Of a stretch of 32,000 nt of DNA, positions 1 to 8,892 are shown piece by piece (position 1 is the first letter of the stretch; the number at the start of each line of letters is the position of its first letter). Location of the stretch: contig PRDJ01000001.1 of the NCBI GenBank assembly GCA_003345555.1, positions 71,528 through 103,527 of the forward strand, read 5' to 3'. The translations under genes were made by a program, and so were the position numbers. This DNA is from Candidatus Thorarchaeota archaeon (GTDB taxonomy: Archaea; Asgardarchaeota; Thorarchaeia; Thorarchaeales; Thorarchaeaceae). The notes beneath the pieces were generated by a model that had not been told where the DNA came from, did not search any database, and saw only the letters and a program-made list of their open reading frames with translations.

Positions 1-14
1 TGAGGCGCGAACGG

Positions 15-557
15 ATGAGTTATGCAGTGTTCTCTACCGCGATGGGATACAGCGGGATTGTTTTCGGCGATAATGAGCCCGCGTTGAGAGCCATCAAGAT
101 CTATCTCCCTAGTTCTAAGTCATTCATTGAAAGGGCAATCAGACATGAGTATGGTGCCGCGACTGAGATTGAGAAAGCCCTGCCACGACTCTGTTCTCTT
201 GTTCGCGATTTCCTAGAAGGCAACGATGTCACAATTCCATTTGAGTTCGTGGACCCGTCCGTTTGCTACTCATTCCAGCTTAAGGTGCTCAAGGCCGAGA
301 GAGAAGTTCCCCGAGGTACCGTTGCTTCTTATTCTTGGGTGGCAAAGAAAATCGGTTCAGGAGCCGTGCGGGCTGTGGGCAGTGCTCTTGCAAGGAATCC
401 CTTTCCCATAGTCGTGCCATGTCACCGAGCAGTAAGATCCGACGGTTCACTCGGTGGCTTTCAAGGTGGATTGGAGATGAAGAGAAGGCTCCTGGAGTTG
501 GAGGGCGTGCAGTTTGACTCAAGAGGCCGCGTAACCAGTTGTATCCTGAGACCTTGA
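15..557 (+). CDS. ogt: Methylated-DNA--protein-cysteine methyltransferase (O6-alkylguanine alkyltransferase)
   Basis: Active-site PCHR motif (VVPCHRAV), HTH with Arg finger (YSWVAKKIG..AVRAVGSALARNP), and the C-terminal GG..GGLEMKRRLLELEG typical of Ogt/MGMT. Confidence 0.95.
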   Translation: MSYAVFSTAMGYSGIVFGDNEPALRAIKIYLPSSKSFIERAIRHEYGAATEIEKALPRLCSLVRDFLEGNDVTIPFEFVDPSVCYSFQLKVLKAEREVPRGTVASYSWVAKKIGSGAVRAVGSALARNPFPIVVPCHRAVRSDGSLGGFQGGLEMKRRLLELEGVQFDSRGRVTSCILRP

Positions 558-618
558 GTAGAGATTTGTGAAGGGCTCGCGATTCAGATACTGTGGAGTG
601 ACCATGACACGGGTGCGA

Positions 619-2445
619 CTACTGAGATTGCAGGCTTGACAGGCCTAGTTCCTTAATCTTGGACTTGGGTGGTTTTCCGGTCTTCCTGTCCCATCCCCTG
701 TACTGATACCACTTGTTGAGGTGAGCTTCCACATCGGGCACGTGACCTTCTGATGGCCCCTTCAGAGGTTGAAGAACAATGTCAGGTAGCTTCTCGTTCT
801 TGGGATTGTAGCCCATCCTGAGATTGAAGAGACGCATAATAGTGAATATTCTCTCACCTGCACGCTTCAGGTCATCAACTGAATACGTCCACCCGGTGAC
901 CAGAGTGAGGAGCTCAGCGAGCTCGTTTGATGTTATGGGATAGAAATTACACATCACAGCTGAATTGGTAAGGCATCTGAAGTCCTGAAACTTGGCAACT
1001 AGATCGGCTTCGTTCGCGAACCTGTCTTGACTATCAATGCCAAACCCCTCGTCTCCTTGACCCATCTGAACATTGTACATATCCGCAGTCATGTGGCATG
1101 CTCCTCGGGGAGAAGTTGCATAGGTCATTGCCATACCTGAGAATCCACGCACATCGTGCTGGGCCAATTCGAGCCCGTTGACCTGGGCTGCTAGGTTTCC
1201 CACGCCGAACTTGTTTCCGAAGGCAAGGCTTCCCTCAGCCATCAGATTGCCCACACCCTCTCTCTTTGCTATCTTGTGGAGCAGGGCCAAAGCAGAATCA
1301 ATCTCTCCCCATTCTGGTTTTACGCCATCCAAGTCCTTCGCCGTAATCTTCCCCTGCTTGAACAGGTAGTAAGCGAATGCTACTACGTTTCCTCCCGTTA
1401 TAGTATCGATTCCCAACAGGTCGAGCTGCTTGTTGGCATAGCATAGAGCCTCAAGGTTGTTATTGAGTAGCTGAGCTCCCATCGTGCCAGTGACTTCGAG
1501 CTCGGGACCCGCGAAGCGGCCGGTTGCGTATTTCCCTTCCTTGATTTCGATTACACGACCGCAACCGATGGGACAACGGAAGCATGCTGTCTTGCCGACT
1601 AGGATTCTCTCTTTGACCGCAGACCCACCGATATTGTAGGTAGAGAAATCGGGCACACTATAGTAACCGGCCGTAAATGAGCCGTACATATCTGTCGCCA
1701 TGTCGACGTAGCCCGCAGTGCCCACAGATGAGTACATCATGAATGTGGCAGTATCCTTCTTTTCCTCATTCAGTTGCCTGCTACGCTCTGCGATTTTCGG
1801 CTCATCTGCAACTGGCACTTTCCTGTCCGTGCCGTTTACGACAATCGCCTTCAGCTTCTTTGAACCCATGACTGCCCCAAGACCGGTTCTACCCGCCGCT
1901 CTGAAGTGGTCTATGATAATGCTCGCGTATTTCACAAGGTTTTCTCCAGCTATCCCAATGCGTGCAATACCGGCGTTCTTGAAACCGGTCTCGGTCTTGA
2001 GGGTCTCCCACACCTGCTGCGTATCTTTGCCCCAGAGGTGTTTCGCATCTCTAATCTCAACCTTGGAATCGTCGATGAACAGGTAGACGGGCTTCTTAGA
2101 CTGGCCAAGAATCATTATGCCATCGTATCCAGCGAACTTGATGTCTGCCCCTAAGTGTCCTCCAAATGTGCTGTGTGCCCACAGTCCCGTCAGTGGTGAC
2201 TTCGAGCAGGCAGATGTCTTGCTGCCGCAGGGCACCATTGTCCCACAGAAGGGTCCATTCATAATCAAAATAGGATTGGTGGGTCCCAGTGGATCCGTCT
2301 TTGCATCGACCATGTCGTAGAGCATTCTGCATGCAAGTCCGGCCCCACCGATGAAATCCCGAGCCATGTCCGGGTCCAACGGCGTGACGGAATTAGCCCC
2401 CGAAGCAAGGTCCACTCGCAGAATCTTACCCCGGTAACCTTTCAC
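619..2445 (-). CDS. aor: Tungsten-containing aldehyde:ferredoxin oxidoreductase family protein
   Basis: N-terminus KGYRGKILRVDL; motifs KSPLTG, AGRTGLGAVMGSKKLKAI, CxxCxxxC (CFRCPIGC), GIDTI and RGACH, plus a distal Cys (AVMCNFY). GTG start preceded by GAGG; 608 aa is typical. Confidence 0.93.
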   Translation of the reverse strand: MKGYRGKILRVDLASGANSVTPLDPDMARDFIGGAGLACRMLYDMVDAKTDPLGPTNPILIMNGPFCGTMVPCGSKTSACSKSPLTGLWAHSTFGGHLGADIKFAGYDGIMILGQSKKPVYLFIDDSKVEIRDAKHLWGKDTQQVWETLKTETGFKNAGIARIGIAGENLVKYASIIIDHFRAAGRTGLGAVMGSKKLKAIVVNGTDRKVPVADEPKIAERSRQLNEEKKDTATFMMYSSVGTAGYVDMATDMYGSFTAGYYSVPDFSTYNIGGSAVKERILVGKTACFRCPIGCGRVIEIKEGKYATGRFAGPELEVTGTMGAQLLNNNLEALCYANKQLDLLGIDTITGGNVVAFAYYLFKQGKITAKDLDGVKPEWGEIDSALALLHKIAKREGVGNLMAEGSLAFGNKFGVGNLAAQVNGLELAQHDVRGFSGMAMTYATSPRGACHMTADMYNVQMGQGDEGFGIDSQDRFANEADLVAKFQDFRCLTNSAVMCNFYPITSNELAELLTLVTGWTYSVDDLKRAGERIFTIMRLFNLRMGYNPKNEKLPDIVLQPLKGPSEGHVPDVEAHLNKWYQYRGWDRKTGKPPKSKIKELGLSSLQSQ

Positions 2446-2457
2446 TTTCTTCGCCTC

Positions 2458-3636
2458 TTAGAAGTCAACTGGAGTGCCGCTGTACATGTATTCATACATC
2501 TTGCGGATTCCACCGCTATCTATGTCCCGCGGGTTCATTGTTATGCTCGAATCCATCATTGCATACTGAACGAGCTTGTCCAGCCCGTCATTGAAGTCCT
2601 TCTCGGAGACGCCTGCCTTCTTTAGACTGGTTGGAAAACCAACACTGGCCTGCAGCTGTCTTATCTTCTTAGCGAAGGCTCTTGCAGCTAGCTCAGGATC
2701 GGCTTTCTTGATACCGACGAGTGCTGCAAGCTCAGCGTACAGCTTTGCGGTTTCGGGCTTGTCCTTACAGTTGTACTCGATGGTCAAAGGAAGCGACAGA
2801 CCCACAGCGAGCCCGTGCTGTACTCTGAGTACAGAGCCGAGACTATGTCCCAAGGAGTGCCCGAGTGCGACTTGAGAGTTACTGAAAGACATACCTGCAA
2901 GGTCAGCTGCAATCAGCATCTTTTCCCTCGCTTGAAGGTCCGTGAGGTCTGCGACTGATTTCGGCAGCCATTCAAAAACCATCTGAACTGTCTTGAGCGT
3001 GCATGCATCCGAGAAGTCATTCTTCCAAACTGAAACATATGCTTCCACCGCGTGTGTGAGTGCGTCTAGGCCCGTGTAGGCAGTGAGTTCTTTTGGAAGC
3101 CCTTTCACGAAACCCGGCTCGAGAATAGCAATGTCCGGGCAGAGTTCCGCATTGTTTGTTGCAAACTTGCGTCCGGTTTGATCCTCTCGAATCACGACCG
3201 CCTTTGTGGCTTCAGAACCAGTGCCTGCGGTCGTAGGTATGCAAACGAGTCTCGCCTTATGTCGCAGGTCAAGCGGCTGCAGTGGAGTGATGGCTTCGAG
3301 CTGAATCTCAGGATGTTCATAGAGAACCCATGCCGCCTTAGCAGTGTCCATGACACTGCCCCCACCGACTGCTATGATTGTGTCTGTGGAGAATCTCCTC
3401 ATTGCTTCGGCTGCACTCTTTACGCTAGAGACCCTCGGATCTGGTTCTGCATTGTCCCAGATAGCCACAGACCATTGATGGTCGTGCAGTATTTCAGAAA
3501 TCCTCTCAGGAAATCCAAAGCCCATAACGACCTTGTCCGTAAGAATGAAAGCATTCTTGCCGGACAATTGCTCTAGTTCGGTTGTCAGAGCGTCCTCGCC
3601 GAAGATCACTTTTGGTACGCTGAACCACCAGACCAT
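2458..3636 (-). CDS. Iron-containing (group III) alcohol dehydrogenase
   Basis: GGGSVMDTAK, IPTTAGTGSE, and metal ligands in DALTHAVE, GHSLGH and QHG. I chose the ATG at 3636 over the track's TTG at 3645 because GAGGTG lies 10 nt upstream of the ATG. Confidence 0.93.
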   Translation of the reverse strand: MVWWFSVPKVIFGEDALTTELEQLSGKNAFILTDKVVMGFGFPERISEILHDHQWSVAIWDNAEPDPRVSSVKSAAEAMRRFSTDTIIAVGGGSVMDTAKAAWVLYEHPEIQLEAITPLQPLDLRHKARLVCIPTTAGTGSEATKAVVIREDQTGRKFATNNAELCPDIAILEPGFVKGLPKELTAYTGLDALTHAVEAYVSVWKNDFSDACTLKTVQMVFEWLPKSVADLTDLQAREKMLIAADLAGMSFSNSQVALGHSLGHSLGSVLRVQHGLAVGLSLPLTIEYNCKDKPETAKLYAELAALVGIKKADPELAARAFAKKIRQLQASVGFPTSLKKAGVSEKDFNDGLDKLVQYAMMDSSITMNPRDIDSGGIRKMYEYMYSGTPVDF

Positions 3637-3713
3637 TAGAACCAACCACCTCTCTCTGCTGACTGCTTCAAGCGGTCTTGATATTGTCAGCTGTACATTC
3701 AGCGAACAGCCCC

Positions 3714-3721
3714 TTATATCT
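3714..3721 (-). promoter_or_regulatory. Putative TATA box for the adh-aor unit
   Basis: Minus-strand AGATATAA about 78 nt upstream of the ADH ATG, in the only intergenic gap. A TCAAG-N4-CTTGA inverted repeat (3668-3681) lies downstream of it. Confidence 0.4.
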
Positions 3722-3753
3722 AGTGTACCAGAGAGCGCCTACGTTCAACTGGT

Positions 3754-4845
3754 TCACTTTGTCTTGACTCTCTTGGGCGCAAGCTCAAGCGTCTTCACAG
3801 CCTCGTCAATAACGGATGCAATCAGGTCTTTGACAGTAGGAATGTCCTTTATTCTGCCTGTGACTTCTCCACCGAGCATCAACGCAGTTTCAGGTTTCTC
3901 ACCCATTAGGTCGACGAATCCAGATCGTTCTATCCCAAGGATGTCCTCGTTCGACTCAACCGGCTGCCCAAGGTAGAATCCGGGGATGTCACGCAGTGTC
4001 TGTTCAACAATCTGTTCGGAGCGATTGTTTCGGAGAAAGCGCATCGGACCGAACACTCCTCTCCCAACAAGTGTCTGTCTCTCTTCTCTGTCGATGATTG
4101 CTTGTTTCCAGATGGGCTCAAAGTCGCTCTCTTGGGTCGCGATGAACCTCGTGCCCATCTGAACACCCTCTGCACCCATGCACAGGGCTGCTGCCAACGT
4201 TCTGCCGTCACAGAAACCGCCTGCGGCAACTACCGGCTTCTTGACAGCCTTTGCAACTGCTGGAACAAGAACCGTCGAGTGGACAGGTTCCCACGAAACG
4301 TGAGCACCCCCTTCATGGCCTGATGCGATTATCACATCTGCTCCAGCAGCCTCAGCCTTTCGTGCGTGATACACTGAGGGGACCACGTGGAACCAGAGCA
4401 AACCGTGTTCTTTGATCTTCGCCCATGGTTTAGGGTTGCCCGCAGAGGTGATTATGACGCGGAGACGCTTTTCGATATCAGAATCATTCTCTCGAGACTC
4501 GATCGCCTGCTCAACGAACATCTCAGAAGCGATGGTGAACTCCGAAGCCACCGGGACATTCACCCCAAAAACCCCACCCGACCGTTTCGTCTCCTTGGCA
4601 ACGGCCTCAATGGATTTCTCAAGGATGACCTTGGGTGGGTCTGTCCCGAAGAGCCGAACTGCATCGATTGGAGCGGCCTCTGGTAGCATGCTTGCGGCCA
4701 TGCCAATGCTGCTTATGACACCCAGAGCTCCTGCGTTGGATACTGCGGCCGCCAAGGCCTGCGTCTTGTACGGGCCCATCCCACCTTGAAGTATCGGATG
4801 CTGAATGCCCAGAAGATCGCAGAGGACTGTGTGGATGGATTTCAT
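3754..4845 (-). CDS. Nitronate monooxygenase / FabK-type enoyl reductase family FMN TIM-barrel flavoprotein
   Basis: T.LCDLLGIQHPILQGGM start, ITSAGNP, GHEGGAH (catalytic His), AAGGFCDGR and GVQMGTRF. Confidence 0.9.
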   Translation of the reverse strand: MKSIHTVLCDLLGIQHPILQGGMGPYKTQALAAAVSNAGALGVISSIGMAASMLPEAAPIDAVRLFGTDPPKVILEKSIEAVAKETKRSGGVFGVNVPVASEFTIASEMFVEQAIESRENDSDIEKRLRVIITSAGNPKPWAKIKEHGLLWFHVVPSVYHARKAEAAGADVIIASGHEGGAHVSWEPVHSTVLVPAVAKAVKKPVVAAGGFCDGRTLAAALCMGAEGVQMGTRFIATQESDFEPIWKQAIIDREERQTLVGRGVFGPMRFLRNNRSEQIVEQTLRDIPGFYLGQPVESNEDILGIERSGFVDLMGEKPETALMLGGEVTGRIKDIPTVKDLIASVIDEAVKTLELAPKRVKTK

Positions 4846-4870
4846 GATTGCTGTGATTCAGTAAGCCGCG

Positions 4871-4876
4871 ATTTAA
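4871..4876 (-). promoter_or_regulatory. Putative TATA box for a leaderless flavoprotein transcript
   Basis: Minus-strand TTAAAT ends 26 nt upstream of the ATG at 4845, and there is no SD before that ATG. This spacing fits an archaeal leaderless mRNA. Confidence 0.45.
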
Positions 4877-4950
4877 GTCTGATATCTCCTGAAAAGTTGT
4901 CAAGAGAGCGATAACGGAGCAATTGGAGTAGTTCCGGGAGTCAGATTGAC

Positions 4951-4991
4951 TTAAAGAAAACAAAGGAGCCGGGAAGAAGATTCTCCGGCTC
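4951..4991 (-). terminator. Hairpin plus T-rich tract after the SCP2 gene
   Basis: Stem GAGCCGG/CCGGCTC (4966-4972 with 4985-4991) overlaps the stop codon and is followed on the minus strand by CTTTGTTTTCTTT. Confidence 0.6.
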
Positions 4992-5421
4992 ATTTCTCAT
5001 CTGGGAACTTCGTGGGTATCTTGACTGCAGTCGCAACGAGTTCCGCTGCAGCCTTTGTGTAGCGCATGACCTTACCCATGTCGCCCTTCAACGTGAATTT
5101 GCGGGCCATCAGTCCCTTGATAGGATCTATCTGGCCTGCAAGAAGAAGCTTCCAGTTCTTCAGCGGTCCGGAGTACTCGAACGCCGCCTTCTGACCGGGA
5201 GCCGCAAGGGCAACCTTTCTGCAATCGCCGTGCCACAAGTCAATGTACGCGCGGGCGGGCTCCTTGACAGTTGATCCGTCTGCGTCAATCTGGAAGATGA
5301 AATCGCCCTCCCAATCTTTGGCTGCATCTTTGTATGCCGCATTCTTGTTGAGGATTTCTTGATACTTCTTCAGCCACTGTTCAGAGAAGAAGTCCACCTT
5401 CTTTTCGCTCATGGGAATCAT
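4990..5421 (-). CDS. SCP2 sterol/lipid-binding domain protein
   Basis: FFSEQW...Y...LN.NAAY..AAKDWEGDF at the N-terminus and LLAGQIDPIKGLMARKFTLKGDM at the C-terminus, the SCP2 signature. The start may be the ATG at 5412. Confidence 0.85.
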   Translation of the reverse strand: MIPMSEKKVDFFSEQWLKKYQEILNKNAAYKDAAKDWEGDFIFQIDADGSTVKEPARAYIDLWHGDCRKVALAAPGQKAAFEYSGPLKNWKLLLAGQIDPIKGLMARKFTLKGDMGKVMRYTKAAAELVATAVKIPTKFPDEK

Positions 5422-5535
5422 CGTCTCTTTGCGTTACTTCAGATGGGAGTAGCCGTGAGAGAAAAGTGTTCTGGCTGATGAGTTTGGTCTACGCGACTCA
5501 GCAATCCGACCTTCTCGCATAACCTTTTATCGTGA

Positions 5536-8500
5536 ATGGGCTCGGACGCGCGAAACTCCCTTCTCAGGAGATTGGCGGAATTGACACACGGGAGCAACAG
5601 TGACAAGATCCGTGATTTTGAGTTGACCTTGGAAGATTCAGCTCGGCTGGCAGAATGCTTCAACTCGTTCGATGATTCAGACAGCTGGCCGGGCGGCTTC
5701 ACCGGAGGAATTCCCTTTACAGCTGAACGGGTCCTAGAGGACAAGACAAAGAGGAACGACATCAGGACTCTCGTGGCTTACATAGGTGACAGGATAATAG
5801 GACACTGCAATGTTGCTCAAGCAGAGATGGATCCCGAAGCGGCATACGTAGGTACTCTTGGTGTCGACCCGAAGTATCAGGGTCAAGGATTCGGGAAAGC
5901 AATGTTGATCGAAGCTGCTGAAACGGCGGCCCGCCTAGGAAAACGAAGAATCGACCTTCACACATGGCCCGGCAACATCAAGGCCATGCCTCTCTACAAA
6001 CGTGTCGGATACAACTGGGTGCCGAGAACCAGGGTTCTGATGGAATCGTATATCCCGGGGATTCTGAGTTTCCCGCTGTTTGCTGAGTTCTTCAAACGCT
6101 ATACCTGGCATGAAGTCCTTACCAGAGAGATACATCAGGTTGTTGATGACATAGAGCAAGACGGGCTTGGTGTGTACAGATACTTCTTCAGAGGGCAGAA
6201 TGATGATTCACTCGACGTCACTGTGGATCGCGAAGCCAAGGGAATCTGCAGCTTCAAGCTTGTCTTTGATCATCATGAGATAAGCGCTGGCTCGAGGCAA
6301 GCCTCACCCATAGGATACATTGGTTACGGGCAAGTGGCTGTGCATCTCATAATCTCCAGCAATGACCAACATGAATTGCCTGTAACAGTGAGCGTCGTTC
6401 CCACGCAGGATTTGTCGGTTGAGTTGACAGGCGACATGACGGGAATGGTTTCGGCGGGACGCCAGTTTGTTTTGGGGGGATTCTACGGAATTCCTGAAAC
6501 AGCCGAGAAAGTTGACCGCGAGAAAGACCCAACGACCAAAGTCAGGGCGCAAGCCGCTTGGGAAATCACTTTGGGAGATACAACATTCAATCTGTACAGC
6601 GGGCTCATCCCGCATCAGGCAATCACGATTTCTTCCAATCCTGTCTACCCTTGCATTTCTCCGGGTAGCCAACCCAAGATGGAGATCGTTCTTCACAATA
6701 ATCTCATCAGAGTCGTCAAGGGTGAGGTGGTAGTAAGCCCAGCTTCCGGGAAGACCATGTGGTCCCGGGTTACTGAATTCGAATTGGACCCGGATGAGAC
6801 AAGGGGAGTTGCGCTACAAGTCGCGACGGCGGCAGAAGACGACAATAGTGTCCTTCCATTGCTTGTTTCCGTCTTTGTCTTGGAAGACTCCGAAAAGAGG
6901 GCGGTGAATCGAAAGACGTTCAACATCCCGGTCTTGGGAGTCTCAGGAGCAGTCGTGTACGAATCGCTCGACGATTACCTAGTCATCGAGTCCGAGACTT
7001 TCAGGTACACGATATCCAAAACACCACCGATGAGCTTTAGGTCGTTTGAAGACAAGACGCAACATAGGGTCGCTAGAGGCTTTTTCCTTCTTCCTTCTGT
7101 AGGATACCCATTCCCTTCGGGCGGCAGTGAGTGGTCTCGCAGAGCATTCGACGTGACTCTAGCGAACAACAAGGATTACGCCGAAATCCGGCTGGAAGGA
7201 GATTCAATTGAGAAGACCGGTGCAAGGCTTACAGCTATATACAGAGCCTACCCAAGCCGTCAGTATCTTGAGATTATCAACGGGATAACTAATGTAGGCT
7301 CTTCAACACTCACCAACTTGGGAGTGCAAACCCAAGGTTGGTTTGAGATGGCTGGGACTAGGATGTATGTCCCCATTAGAGGAAGCATATACGAGCTCGG
7401 CTCGATAGACTGGACTGGTGACAGGCAGGTTCCGGACGAGCCAAGCGCCTATCATGAATCGTGGGCTGCCGTGTGCAGTGCTGAAGGTGGATTGCTTGTA
7501 GGCTATGCTTGGGACGCTGACGGGCTAGTCAAGGTTGAGCCTCGTCGCTCGCGGAGGGTCACTAGGACCGAGTATAAGCTCCCCGACCTCGAACCCGGCG
7601 AGTCGAGCGAGAAAACGATCCTAAGGATTGTGACAGGCCTAGGGGGATGGAGGAAAGTGCGTTCACTCTGGGCTCAGCTAAATAACAGGCCCGAGCCCGA
7701 TATTGATGTGCGGGGGCCGAGGTCTGATCTAGAGTTCAGTGTAGTTCCCAAGTCGTCGAGCTGGGCTGCTGGATCCGGGGCGCCAATCATGATTGACCGA
7801 TTACAGCAAAATGAGATGGAGATTCGAGTCAGCGTCCTCCATGCTGACTCTATCTCGGGGCAGCTTAGTGTCACTTTGCCTTCAGGTCTTCTCATCAATA
7901 AGAAGAGCAGCGTCACTTTCGACATCAAGCGGCTCAACATAGATACACCCTTCACTGCACCGGTAACAATCACAGCGATCAAAGGGGGCGAGTGGATCAG
8001 GATTGGCGGCGAGGCCCTGTTCCGTTTCGAGAATAGAGTGGCACGAATTCCATTAGTTGCCATCCTGTACGATTCGACTGCGTCCGTTGAAAGGTCGACT
8101 GAAGTTGTAGAAGGAAACACTCTGTATCAGCTGAAGACCGCTGGGAACGGAATTTCGGTCTCGCCTGAGTATTGTGCCAGCCTGGTTCGACTCAAGCTGT
8201 CAGACAATGACAATGTCTTCCAGGACCTATTCCCTCATGCTGACCCGTTCTTGTGGACCGATCGACACTACTCTGGTCTGAATCCTATCATAGGAAGATG
8301 GGGAACTTGGGATTGGCAATCCGGCCTACTCTTGGAGAAATGGTCTGTATCTGAGGCTAGAGAAGGCCCTTGGGTAGGCTATGAGATCAAAGCTATCTTA
8401 GAACATTGCCCCGGTCTGAAAGGTATGCAGTTCAGCATAAAGCACATGATTCTCAAGGGCACGCCGATAGTGCGCTCGGACATCAATGCCCGCAACGGGA

Positions 8501-8886
8501 CGAGCCAGTCGAAAAGGGTTACGATGGGACTCCAGGGCATCGTGAGACTGAAGAACCACCCACAGAGTGTCATATACGCAGTGATTAATAACCGGCGAGT
8601 CGCCTACGAACCCTCGATGTACAGAACTGATGTTATACCCGCACCCGAAGAAGGCTGGGCAGTTTTCAAAGAGCCGGAAACGGGTTCAGTTCTTGGGGTC
8701 GTAGCCGACTGCAAGACAGATGAAGTGCTCAGTCTGGAGAATGTGAACGAGAATGCTCAGTGGGTCCGGCTTATGGGTCTCAGAGAGTTGGGGCCCGGCG
8801 ATAGTGCTTCAATAGGATGTTACTTCGTCACAGCCAAGAATGTGGACGATGTTGTGATGATGAAGAATCTAACTTCGATAACGTAG
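5536..8886 (+). CDS. Large multidomain protein: N-terminal GNAT acetyltransferase plus ~900 aa of beta-rich domains of unknown function
   Basis: GNAT motif A (LGVDPKYQGQGFGKAML) and motif B (HTWPGNIKAMPLYKRVGY) in the first ~170 aa. The ORF is an uninterrupted 1116 aa with no signal peptide or TM seen. Confidence 0.8.
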   Translation: MGSDARNSLLRRLAELTHGSNSDKIRDFELTLEDSARLAECFNSFDDSDSWPGGFTGGIPFTAERVLEDKTKRNDIRTLVAYIGDRIIGHCNVAQAEMDPEAAYVGTLGVDPKYQGQGFGKAMLIEAAETAARLGKRRIDLHTWPGNIKAMPLYKRVGYNWVPRTRVLMESYIPGILSFPLFAEFFKRYTWHEVLTREIHQVVDDIEQDGLGVYRYFFRGQNDDSLDVTVDREAKGICSFKLVFDHHEISAGSRQASPIGYIGYGQVAVHLIISSNDQHELPVTVSVVPTQDLSVELTGDMTGMVSAGRQFVLGGFYGIPETAEKVDREKDPTTKVRAQAAWEITLGDTTFNLYSGLIPHQAITISSNPVYPCISPGSQPKMEIVLHNNLIRVVKGEVVVSPASGKTMWSRVTEFELDPDETRGVALQVATAAEDDNSVLPLLVSVFVLEDSEKRAVNRKTFNIPVLGVSGAVVYESLDDYLVIESETFRYTISKTPPMSFRSFEDKTQHRVARGFFLLPSVGYPFPSGGSEWSRRAFDVTLANNKDYAEIRLEGDSIEKTGARLTAIYRAYPSRQYLEIINGITNVGSSTLTNLGVQTQGWFEMAGTRMYVPIRGSIYELGSIDWTGDRQVPDEPSAYHESWAAVCSAEGGLLVGYAWDADGLVKVEPRRSRRVTRTEYKLPDLEPGESSEKTILRIVTGLGGWRKVRSLWAQLNNRPEPDIDVRGPRSDLEFSVVPKSSSWAAGSGAPIMIDRLQQNEMEIRVSVLHADSISGQLSVTLPSGLLINKKSSVTFDIKRLNIDTPFTAPVTITAIKGGEWIRIGGEALFRFENRVARIPLVAILYDSTASVERSTEVVEGNTLYQLKTAGNGISVSPEYCASLVRLKLSDNDNVFQDLFPHADPFLWTDRHYSGLNPIIGRWGTWDWQSGLLLEKWSVSEAREGPWVGYEIKAILEHCPGLKGMQFSIKHMILKGTPIVRSDINARNGTSQSKRVTMGLQGIVRLKNHPQSVIYAVINNRRVAYEPSMYRTDVIPAPEEGWAVFKEPETGSVLGVVADCKTDEVLSLENVNENAQWVRLMGLRELGPGDSASIGCYFVTAKNVDDVVMMKNLTSIT

Positions 8887-8892
8887 GCAGGG

